A stretch of DNA of 64,000 bases, taken from the NCBI RefSeq assembly GCF_032444005.1, contig NC_091290.1:135656001-135720000 (forward strand), in the 5' to 3' direction. The notes under the pieces were generated by a model. It did no database searches and had not been told where the DNA came from. It saw only the letters and a program-made list of their open reading frames with translations. Of this stretch, positions 12,121 to 23,359 are shown piece by piece. The stretch is from Ranitomeya imitator. Lineage: Eukaryota. Position 1 is the first letter of the stretch; each line of letters starts with the position of its first letter. Both the position numbers and the translations under genes were made by a program.

Positions 12121-15100
12121 TTAAGTTTTCTTCTTCAGCTCCTCGAATCTGCGCGACAGGTCATCAAAATCAATATCTTCGGAATTGGAAGTTGCAGCTC
12201 CGGCAGAAGCAGCGGGGAGTGTGTCTGGAACGGAGGGCAATTCTGGGAGGACAAAGTTATCCGATACTTTTGTTCGGGGTTTGGCGACAGGTGCGGAGTT
12301 ACCTGGACCTGAAGAAATAAAGGATTGTGGTTCACCACTGTTCCTCATCTGTACCCCAAATATATATAATAAAGCATTACTTCTGACCATTAATCACGCT
12401 CGTCCTTATGTACACTCACCATCTTGAGAAGGTGCGTTTGCCTGTGGCCCGCCATCACCAATCTGTTGGAGACAAGGAGTTATAGAGTTGGTGTAAATAG
12501 ATTGGAAGGACCCGGTCTAGCGGGTGTCCATCAGAAGGAAGCTTGGCCTGGTGAGAGGTCGCACAGACAACGTCGCACCAGATCAGCTAATCAGGAGAAG
12601 GGGCGCCGATGTCGGGGAAGTAGGAGGAGGAACGCAGGAGTCTGATTTCGCCACTGAACCATTTTTATGTCATTTAACATCTCTCACCTTCAAAGAATTA
12701 CTGCAATTTACACAAAAACTTCTGACATGTCACCAAGACGTGGTGAATGTTAAGATTACTGCGGGTCCAGGTGAAGTATACTCCACCAATTAGAAAAAAT
12801 AAAAAAAAACACACAACTCTTCCAACGCTGAGCTCATTAGGATTACTGCTTCACCATACAGTGCTTCCGTCCCAAAATGTAGTAAGGAGTAAGTCTGACG
12901 TGCAGCGATTCTTCAAGCCGTGTACACATTGCTGTCTTATGAGCTCAGACTGAAAACATCAGACGCAAGCGCCACCGCCGTCCCTACGGTGTAGCATTAT
13001 GTGCACCTTCAGCTACTTACAGACTCATACGTTGGAGGCATACATGGGATTGGTGGGGGCCCCATGCCCATTGCTGGAGGATTTAGATTACCAAAAGGTT
13101 GATAGATTCCCATAGGCGGTCCATTGAATGTCTCGTGCTGTGAATAGAAAAAAGAAAAGTGTCATTACAATGCAAACTGCATAAATTACTTAATAGATCT
13201 CAGTGTTGATGAGGCTGGTGTACTTACTTTGAAACTAGTTGTATAAAAGTAATTAAATGAGGTTTTAATTTATAATTTATACAGTCATTCTGATATTGAT
13301 TTTCACAGTAAGCGCACCCATCTCATCAGGTATAGCTCACATACCGGTCCACCAGGTGCGGGGTAACTGAATGGAATAGTAGGAGTCGGCATCTGCATAG
13401 CTGGCACAGTCGGCAATGGTATACCAAATCCTCCACCACCTCCGCCACCACCGCCGCCTCCTCCTTTCTTCATGTCGTCTGAAAATTCCACATCTATAAG
13501 ATCTGCCTCGATGCCAGTGGGAACCTCGGCCTTAAAATGCAGGGGGTAAGTGGAAATTGGAAGAGGTGTAGGGTCACTAGCGGACAAGGCTACTGTTAGT
13601 GAAATGATTGCTCTTCACCTACCATGACCACAGAATCCGGTTCATATGGTACATTGTAGTTCTTGGCTATCTCGATGAGGTACCTCTCGACCAGAATTTT
13701 TGGAGGAGCCTCCACACTCAGCTTGTGCATCAGCTACAAGAAGGAAGAAGAAGTCACGACTAGATAATATCTTCTCAAATGCAAGGTCACCCAGTGACAC
13801 CAGCACTTACCCGATCATTGACCGTTCCGATCTGGTTTGTCCTGCACAGCTTGCCATATTCTTTACTATACTTGGCGCACAGTTGATCTGCGACCTGCGG
13901 GAAGAAATAGCGGAGCGCGTTAGTCCAGCACAGCATCATAGTGCGTAAACTAATTTTGCACACGTGTATGACACCAATAACTCACTATTTTCAGTTCAGA
14001 CACTTCAGTCTGTAGACGTGGAGCCGCCCAAATTAACGTGGAGACGGCTTCACCCAAACCCGGATCCAGCTCCCTGGAAGAATACAAATATGTACACTGA
14101 TAACTAGAGGATGGAAAACCTTAACGAGCTCCATATATACAGTGCTACCACCATGGAGCGGGTTTTTTTTTTTTTTTTTAAACCTAAGACTGGAGTGGAT
14201 GCAGGCAGAAGAAGACATAAGAGTATGTTCACACGTGACAGATACGCAGAGAAAAAAGCCACAGTGCAGAATCTCATCCACGTGAATATTGACCGGTGGT
14301 GCGGATTTTACATCTGCAACGTGTCCAATTTGTGCGCATCGGCAGCAAGAATGCATGTGTGGCACTTCTGCATCAAAATCTTTGACAAAAATAAAATCAC
14401 ATGCAATAGGCAGATTTTTATCAGGGATTTTGATGAGGATCTGCAATGGTTCAAAATGTGTACGTGTGAATGTGACCCAAGAGGAAAGACGTCTAAAAAT
14501 GTCACTTTACTCTAGAGTTTGGCTCAAATGACTGCAGGTGTGAATGCAACCTAATAGGGTAAGTGATTAAATCATTGCAATACTAAGGAAACCCTGCAAA
14601 CATGACGTGTTGGGGACCAGGACTGGAGTTTAGGAAGAAGTGCCTGACAACTAGGACCACTGCGATCCTGATAACTTGAGTGCTCCTCCACTCTCTGTAA
14701 AGAACGTACGGATGGTAATAGGAATTTACAGACATGCAAGTCCTCCTGGGGTTCTAGGAATAGGACACTCACCAAACTACTTTTAAGGGGGCTTTCTTAT
14801 GATATTGCTGACGTATACTTAGCAAAGATCATCAATATGAGATGGGTGAGGGTCCGATGCCCACCGCCCACCACAATCAGCTGCAAACAGTGAATAGAGC
14901 TGAATCCACCGTTGAAGCTGGTAACAGCGGATCTGTGGGGGGGGGCCCAGAGTCGGATCTCCACAGATCGGATTTTGGTGCACGATAGGATTATCAGTTG
15001 GAAAAATCCCTTTAATCTCTTACTTCATGGATTGAATTAACCCGAATCTGGCCAGGAGCAGATCACAGTACAGCTCTAGAATCTCCATGGCTTCCACCAG

Positions 15101-15476
15101 GTAATCTTCTCGGATAATGTGCTCCACCCGGATCCTCGCTCGCTCATCCTTCCCGGATGATAAATAGTCCGCAATCTCCTTCCGGGCCTTTTGCGCCAAC
15201 TCGGCTGCAAGGAGAAAACGAAGAAGATAAACTTAGATTCCGTCTTGTATCTAGTTCTGTGCATCCCACCTTGGCAGTGCAAAACCACCACCCCCTTGGC
15301 AGAGCAAAACCACCAAACCCATTGGCAGTGCAAAGTCACCACCCCCATTGGCAGTGCAAAACCTCTTTAATTGCTGCGAGTTACTCACTTTTCTTTTTCT
15401 CCAGGAGTTTTAGTCGGTTTATGACAAGCCTCAAATTCACTCGAAGCCGCTCAGCCTTGAACCCGGAGCCCAACAT
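12121..15476 (-). CDS. IST1: IST1 factor associated with ESCRT-III, complete CDS, 361 aa
   Basis: Exons (+ coordinates, read on minus): 15389-15476 (MLGSGFKAERLRVNLRLVINRLKLLEKKK), 15024-15204, 13986-14073, 13811-13894, 13623-13733, 13345-13530, 13021-13137, 12420-12462, 12121-12308 (...DNFVLPELPSVPD...DIDFDDLSRRFEELKKKT*, MIM elements). Sum is 1086 nt = 362 codons, all GT-AG. Confidence 0.97.
14221..14478. mobile_element. Degenerate Harbinger-type MITE
   Basis: TAA|GAGTATGTTCACACGT...ACGTGTGAATGTGACCC; termini resemble the better-preserved copies at 24835 and 34475. Confidence 0.45.
14787..15011. mobile_element. T2/Kolobok-type MITE (degenerate)
   Basis: TTAA|GGGG... and ...CCCT|TTAA, ending ~10 bp from an IST1 splice donor. 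Confidence 0.45.
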
Positions 15477-15776
15477 TGTGCTTCACTCCTGCAATTAAAG
15501 AGATATTCATTCACATACTGAAAAAAGGGGGAAACTATTGGTAAAAGGCACAGACTATGGTTCCGTAATATAGTGTTCAGTGATTTCCCTTTTTCTTTGG
15601 CAAAATCACAAGAAATCTAGTGTAGAAGTCACAGGCAAAACAGGATGCAAGTGCACTAGGGGCGTGACCGACTTATCCCCGCCCTCAATGCACTTCCATA
15701 TAACTTGCACATTCTGGACAAGGGGCATCTCGCTACATGTGCCGCTCCCAGCAGTGGAGGGTACAACAGCTTTCTA

Positions 15777-17338
15777 CAGTGGTATGAAAAAGTTTGGACA
15801 CCCCTGGTCAAAATTACCGTTAATGTTAACAGTTAAGCAAGATAAAATGATCTCTTAAAAAGTCTAAAGTTAAAGATGACAAATATCCTTTATATTTTAA
15901 GCAAAAAAATAAAATATTAATCTTTTACATTTTAAAAGTTTCAAAAAGGAAAATGGGTCAATGCAAAAATTTGGGCACCCTGCATGGTTAGTACCTAGTA
16001 ATACCCTCTTTTAAAAATATCACAGATTGTAAACCCTTTTTTGTAGCCAGACAAGAGTCTTTCAATTCTTGTTTGAGGGATTTTCATCCATTCTTTCTGG
16101 ATAATTCCTACAGTTCTGTGAGATTCCTGGTCGTTTTCCATCCTCTGCTATTTTCAGGTCTAGCCACAGATTTTCAATGATGTTCAGATCAGGGGACTGT
16201 GAGTGCCATTGTAAAACCTTCACCTTGCGCCTTTTGAGGTCGTCTATTGCGCATTGTGACATTTGTTTGTGATCATTATCCATCTGTAGAAGCCATCCTC
16301 TTCTCACAGCTTTCTTACAGATGGTGTTATGTTTGCATCAAGAATTTGTTGAAATTTCATTGAATCCATTCTTCCCTCTACCCGTGAAATGTTCCCCGTG
16401 CCATTGGCTGCAACACAACCCCAAAGCATGATTGATCCACCCCCATGCTTAAATGGTTGGTAATGTGTTATTTTCATGAAATTCTGGGCCCTTTTTCTCA
16501 ACACATACCTTTGATCATTGTGGCCACAGGACTTGTTCCCAAAATGCACAAGGCTTGTTTAGATGTTATTTTGAATACTTCTGACACTGAATTTTATGGT
16601 AAGGATGCTGGAGAGGTTTTCTTCTGATGACTCTTCCATAAAGGCCATATATGTGCAGGTGTCTCTGAACAGTAGAATAATGTACCAACTCCAGAGTCTG
16701 CTAAATCTTTCTTAAGGTCTTTTGCAGTCAATCGGAGGTTCTGATTTGCCTCTCTAGCAATCCTACAGGCAGCCATCACTGAAATTTTGCTTGGTTTTCC
16801 AGACATTATCTTGACCTCCACTGTTCCTGGTAACGGCCATTTCTTAATTACATTTTGAACTAAGGAAAGGACAACTTGAAAACACTTTGCTATCATCTTA
16901 TAGCCTTTTCCTGCTTTGTGAGCGTCCACCATTTCCATTTTCAGAGTGCTAGGCTGCTGCTTAGTAGAACCCATGGCTGCTGTTTTTTGGGCACAAGGTT
17001 AGATGAGGTTGTGTTTTCACAAAGCTGGAAAATTTGCATCATGCGGCCTTTCCTAATGATGATAGTGAACAAGCCATAACCTAACAGCCTAATTAAGGTC
17101 TGAAACCTTGGTCAAAGTTATCTGAGCACACAATTCTCTAAGGGTGCCCAAACTTTAGCATCAGCCCATTTTCCATTTTGTTCATGTTAATTTTCATATA
17201 GATTTTTTTTTGTTTTGCCTAAAATACAAAGGAAATGTGTAATCTTTAACTTCAGACCTTTAAGAGATAGTTTCATCTTCAACTGTTCACAATAACAGTA
17301 ATTCTGACCAGGGGCGCCCAAACTTTTACATGCCACTG
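15777..17338 (-). mobile_element. Near full-length Tc1 (IR/DR type) transposon with frameshifted transposase, in IST1 intron 1
   Basis: TA|CAGTGG...CCACTG|TA; long imperfect TIRs with internal direct repeats (AAAAATTTGGGCACCC ~15965, GGGTGCCCAAACTTT ~17141). Broken ORFs 16594-16974 (paired/HTH), 16304-16549 (HGGGSIMLWGC), 16062-16307 (MDND..., SPDLNIIENLW). Confidence 0.93.
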
Positions 17339-18426
17339 TAGCTGAATAGCCATCACCCCTTCCTCAGGTGACAGGTACAAGTCCCATGGAGGATGAATCA
17401 TCGTGTCTGGGGAGTACAACTACAACACATCGTTTATAACTTCCTGCTCCGCCCGCTCTCTACTATTACACGTGCCTGATGTCACTGCCACACGCTGGGA
17501 AAACACACGAAAACTAAAGCAGCGTTCTTACCCCCCTGTCTGACATCTACAGGTCTATGGATTACAACTTTTCTACTTTTATTACCAAAAATTTAAGGCA
17601 GCTTTTTCTACAAAAAGCCTTAAATAGAATTCTACCTTTTTTTTTGTCTACAGTTCCTATGCAGACCTATGCGTCTCCATGGTTACGGAACAGACAACAC
17701 TGTTGGTAATCTGCACCTTGTATACAGCACATTCCTCATGGCAGATACGGACATGTGACCCGACCTGAGGGTGGTGAAGTAATGCAGCCCATGACCTCAG
17801 ATGGAGGGCAGCACCGTAGCACAGGGTACAGCTGTTGCAAAACTACTACCCCCAGGAGGCAATGACAGTGCCACCCGAGCATAATGCAAAACTACAACTC
17901 CCAGCATGCAATGACATTAATTTATGGGTGATACTTAGGTAATTTAGAAGGGGTTTGTCCAGTAGTGGACACCCCTTTATAAATATCTATACTTTTTATA
18001 TTCTAGGGACGAATGTTAATGTCCCTGGGTGACTCCTGCTGCTCCCTTAGAGGGGTCGTCCTGGACCTACCCGCACTCCTTTGTTTCCCTATCAAGCCAA
18101 GCAGGTGGCTGGGAAGTAATAATGTAACACAAGCCATCAATCACAAAACACAGAAAATAAGAAAAACTACCCCAAAAAGAAAAGAAAGTAAAGAACTTCT
18201 TAATTTTGTTATCGCCGTAATTGTCCTGCTCTGTAGAATTGTTACACTGAACGTTGTAAAAGGAAAACTTTAAAAAAATAAATAAAGGGTGGGGTTGGTT
18301 TTTATTATTTAGATTTCAGAAGATTTAACAGTACAACGAACCAACAGCTATGAAAGGGGGCGGGAGACATGGCAGCAGGAAGGGGTTAATGGGGTCCTGT
18401 GGACAGCCTATGGGCAGAGGATGGCC

Positions 18427-21400
18427 GGGGTCAGGGGCCGGGCTCCCGGGACGGGGTCAGGCTCCCGGGACATGGTCTCGGGACGGGGTCAGGGGCCGGG
18501 CTCCCGGGACGGGGTCAGGGGCCGGGCTCCCGGGACGGGGTCAGGGGCCGGGCTCCCGGGACGGGGTCAGGGGCCGGGCTCCCGGGACGGGGTCAGGGGC
18601 CGGGCTCCCGGGACGGGGTCAGGGGCCGGGCTCCCGGGACGGGGTCAGGGGCCGGGCTCCCGGGACGGGGTCAGGGGCCGGGCTCCCGGGACGGGGTCAG
18701 GGGCCGGGCTCCCGGGACGGGGTCAGGGGCCGGGCTCCCGGGACGGGGTCAGGGGCCGGGCTCCCGGGACGGGGTCAGGGGCCGGGCTCCCGGGACGGGG
18801 TCAGGGGCCGGGCTCCCGGGACGGGGTCAGGGGCCGGGCTCCCGGGACGGGGTCAGGGGCCGGGCTCCCGGGACGGGGTCAGGGGCCGGGCTCCCGGGAC
18901 GGGGTCAGGGGCCGGGCTCCCGGGACGGGGTCAGGGGCCGGGCTCCCGGGACGGGGTCAGGGGCCGGGCTCCCGGGACGGGGTCAGGGGCCGGGCTCCCG
19001 GGACGGGGTCAGGGGCCGGGCTCCCGGGACGGGGTCAGGGGCCGGGCTCCCGGGACGGGGTCAGGGGCCGGGCTCCCGGGACGGGGTCAGGGGCCGGGCT
19101 CCCGGGACGGGGTCAGGGGCCGGGCTCCCGGGACGGGGTCAGGGGCCGGGCTCCCGGGACGGGGTCAGGGGCCGGGCTCCCGGGACGGGGTCAGGGGCCG
19201 GGCTCCCGGGACGGGGTCAGGGGCCGGGCTCCCGGGACGGGGTCAGGGGCCGGGCTCCCGGGACGGGGTCAGGGGCCGGGCTCCCGGGACGGGGTCAGGG
19301 GCCGGGCTCCCGGGACGGGGTCAGGGGCCGGGCTCCCGGGACGGGGTCAGGGGCCGGGCTCCCGGGACGGGGTCAGGGGCCGGGCTCCCGGGACGGGGTC
19401 AGGGGCCGGGCTCCCGGGACGGGGTCAGGGGCCGGGCTCCCGGGACGGGGTCAGGGGCCGGGCTCCCGGGACGGGGTCAGGGGCCGGGCTCCCGGGACGG
19501 GGTCAGGGGCCGGGCTCCCGGGACGGGGTCAGGGGCCGGGCTCCCGGGACGGGGTCAGGGGCCGGGCTCCCGGGACGGGGTCAGGGGCCGGGCTCCCGGG
19601 ACGGGGTCAGGGGCCGGGCTCCCGGGACGGGGTCAGGGGCCGGGCTCCCGGGACGGGGTCAGGGGCCGGGCTCCCGGGACGGGGTCAGGGGCCGGGCTCC
19701 CGGGACGGGGTCAGGGGCCGGGCTCCCGGGACGGGGTCAGGGGCCGGGCTCCCGGGACGGGGTCAGGGGCCGGGCTCCCGGGACGGGGTCAGGGGCCGGG
19801 CTCCCGGGACGGGGTCAGGGGCCGGGCTCCCGGGACGGGGTCAGGGGCCGGGCTCCCGGGACGGGGTCAGGGGCCGGGCTCCCGGGACGGGGTCAGGGGC
19901 CGGGCTCCCGGGACGGGGTCAGGGGCCGGGCTCCCGGGACGGGGTCAGGGGCCGGGCTCCCGGGACGGGGTCAGGGGCCGGGCTCCCGGGACGGGGTCAG
20001 GGGCCGGGCTCCCGGGACGGGGTCAGGGGCCGGGCTCCCGGGACGGGGTCAGGGGCCGGGCTCCCGGGACGGGGTCAGGGGCCGGGCTCCCGGGACGGGG
20101 TCAGGGGCCGGGCTCCCGGGACGGGGTCAGGGGCCGGGCTCCCGGGACGGGGTCAGGGGCCGGGCTCCCGGGACGGGGTCAGGGGCCGGGCTCCCGGGAC
20201 GGGGTCAGGGGCCGGGCTCCCGGGACGGGGTCAGGGGCCGGGCTCCCGGGACGGGGTCAGGGGCCGGGCTCCCGGGACGGGGTCAGGGGCCGGGCTCCCG
20301 GGACGGGGTCAGGGGCCGGGCTCCCGGGACGGGGTCAGGGGCCGGGCTCCCGGGACGGGGTCAGGGGCCGGGCTCCCGGGACGGGGTCAGGGGCCGGGCT
20401 CCCGGGACGGGGTCAGGGGCCGGGCTCCCGGGACGGGGTCAGGGGCCGGGCTCCCGGGACGGGGTCAGGGGCCGGGCTCCCGGGACGGGGTCAGGGGCCG
20501 GGCTCCCGGGACGGGGTCAGGGGCCGGGCTCCCGGGACGGGGTCAGGGGCCGGGCTCCCGGGACGGGGTCAGGGGCCGGGCTCCCGGGACGGGGTCAGGG
20601 GCCGGGCTCCCGGGACGGGGTCAGGGGCCGGGCTCCCGGGACGGGGTCAGGGGCCGGGCTCCCGGGACGGGGTCAGGGGCCGGGCTCCCGGGACGGGGTC
20701 AGGGGCCGGGCTCCCGGGACGGGGTCAGGGGCCGGGCTCCCGGGACGGGGTCAGGGGCCGGGCTCCCGGGACGGGGTCAGGGGCCGGGCTCCCGGGACGG
20801 GGTCAGGGGCCGGGCTCCCGGGACGGGGTCAGGGGCCGGGCTCCCGGGACGGGGTCAGGGGCCGGGCTCCCGGGACGGGGTCAGGGGCCGGGCTCCCGGG
20901 ACGGGGTCAGGGGCCGGGCTCCCGGGACGGGGTCAGGGGCCGGGCTCCCGGGACGGGGTCAGGGGCCGGGCTCCCGGGACGGGGTCAGGGGCCGGGCTCC
21001 CGGGACGGGGTCAGGGGCCGGGCTCCCGGGACGGGGTCAGGGGCCGGGCTCCCGGGACGGGGTCAGGGGCCGGGCTCCCGGGACGGGGTCAGGGGCCGGG
21101 CTCCCGGGACGGGGTCAGGGGCCGGGCTCCCGGGACGGGGTCAGGGGCCGGGCTCCCGGGACGGGGTCAGGGGCCGGGCTCCCGGGACGGGGTCAGGGGC
21201 CGGGCTCCCGGGACGGGGTCAGGGGCCGGGCTCCCGGGACGGGGTCAGGGGCCGGGCTCCCGGGACGGGGTCAGGGGCCGGGCTCCCGGGACGGGGTCAG
21301 GGGCCGGGCTCCCGGGACGGGGTCAGGGGCCGGGCTCCCGGGACGGGGTCAGGGGCCGGGCTCCCGGGACGGGGTCAGGGGCCGGGCTCCCGGGACGGGG

Positions 21401-23300
21401 TCAGGGGCCGGGCTCCCGGGACGGGGTCAGGGGCCGGGCTCCCGGGACGGGGTCAGGGGCCGGGCTCCCGGGACGGGGCCAGGGGCCGGGCTCCCGGGAC
21501 GGGGCCAGGGGCCGGGCTCCCGGGACGGGGCCAGGGGCCGGGCTCCCGGGACGGGGCCAGGGGCCGGGCTCCCGGGACGGGGCCAGGGGCCGGGCTCCCG
21601 GGACGGGGCCAGGGGCCGGGCTCCCGGGACGGGGCCAGGGGCCGGGCTCCCGGGACGGGGCCAGGGGCCGGGCTCCCGGGACGGGGCCAGGGGCCGGGCT
21701 CCCGGGACGGGGCCAGGGGCCGGGCTCCCGGGACGGGGCCAGGGGCCGGGCTCCCGGGACGGGGCCAGGGGCCGGGCTCCCGGGACGGGGCCAGGGGCCG
21801 GGCTCCCGGGACGGGGCCAGGGGCCGGGCTCCCGGGACGGGGCCAGGGGCCGGGCTCCCGGGACGGGGCCAGGGGCCGGGCTCCCGGGACGGGGCCAGGG
21901 GCCGGGCTCCCGGGACGGGGCCAGGGGCCGGGCTCCCGGGACGGGGCCAGGGGCCGGGCTCCCGGGACGGGGCCAGGGGCCGGGCTCCCGGGACGGGGCC
22001 AGGGGCCGGGCTCCCGGGACGGGGCCAGGGGCCGGGCTCCCGGGACGGGGCCAGGGGCCGGGCTCCCGGGACGGGGCCAGGGGCCGGGCTCCCGGGACGG
22101 GGCCAGGGGCCGGGCTCCCGGGACGGGGCCAGGGGCCGGGCTCCCGGGACGGGGCCAGGGGCCGGGCTCCCGGGACGGGGCCAGGGGCCGGGCTCCCGGG
22201 ACGGGGCCAGGGGCCGGGCTCCCGGGACGGGGCCAGGGGCCGGGCTCCCGGGACGGGGCCAGGGGCCGGGCTCCCGGGACGGGGCCAGGGGCCGGGCTCC
22301 CGGGACGGGGCCAGGGGCCGGGCTCCCGGGACGGGGCCAGGGGCCGGGCTCCCGGGACGGGGCCAGGGGCCGGGCTCCCGGGACGGGGCCAGGGAACGGG
22401 CTCCCGGGACGGGGCCAGGGGACGGGGGTCAGGCTCTCGGGACGGGGGTCAGGCTCTCGGGACGGGGGTCAGGCTCTCGGGACGGGGGTCAGGCTCTCGG
22501 GACGGGGGTCAGGCTCTCGGGACGGGGGTCAGGCTCTCGGGACGGGGGTCAGGCTCTCGGGACGGGGGTCAGGCTCTCGGGACGGGGGTCAGGCTCTCGG
22601 GACGGGGGTCAGGCTCTCGGGACGGGGGTCAGGCTCTCGGGACGGGGGTCAGGCTCTCGGGACGGGGGTCAGGCTCTCGGGACGGGGGTCAGGCTCTCGG
22701 GACGGGGGTCAGGCTCTCGGGACGGGGGTCAGGCTCTCGGGACGGGGGTCAGGCTCTCGGGACGGGGGTCAGGCTCTCGGGACGGGGGTCAGGCTCTCGG
22801 GACGGGGGTCAGGCTCTCGGGAGGGGGGTCAGGCTCTCGGGACGGGGGTCAGGCTCTCGGGACGGGGGTCAGGCTCTCGGGACGGGGGTCAGGCTCTCGG
22901 GACGGGGGTCAGGCTCTCGGGACGGGGGTCAGGCTCTCGGGACGGGGGTCAGGCTCTCGGGACGGGGGTCAGGCTCTCGGGACGGGGGTCAGGCTCTCGG
23001 GACGGGGGTCAGGCTCTCGGGACGGGGGTCAGGCTCTCGGGACGGGGGTCAGGCTCTCGGGACGGGGGTCAGGCTCTCGGGACGGGGGTCAGGCTCTCGG
23101 GACGGGGGTCAGGCTCTCGGGACGGGGGTCAGGCTCTCGGGACGGGGGTCAGGCTCTCGGGACGGGGGTCAGGCTCTCGGGACGGGGGTCAGGCTCTCGG
23201 GACGGGGGTCAGGCTCTCGGGACGGGGGTCAGGCTCTCGGGACGGGGGTCAGGCTCTCGGGACGGGGGTCAGGCTCTCGGGACGGGGGTCAGGCTCTCGG
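18427..23300 (+). repeat. GC-rich three-domain tandem array: 115 x 26 bp (GGGGTCAGGGGCCGGGCTCCCGGGAC), 35 x 26-bp variant (GGGGCCAGGGG...), 44 x 20 bp (GACGGGGGTCAGGCTCTCGG)
   Basis: Read directly. Domain A 18485-21474, domain B 21475-22384 plus one variant unit, domain C 22421-23300. Units are almost invariant within each domain. Confidence 0.97.
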
Positions 23301-23359
23301 ATTTGCAGCCTCTCACTCGCTGACAGCAGGCACAGCTATAGGAAGCGATGAGGGATGGA

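Noticed and set aside
12490-12660. Possible alternative IST1 exon
   Set aside because: All three minus-strand frames hit stops, and I found no clear acceptor/donor pair.
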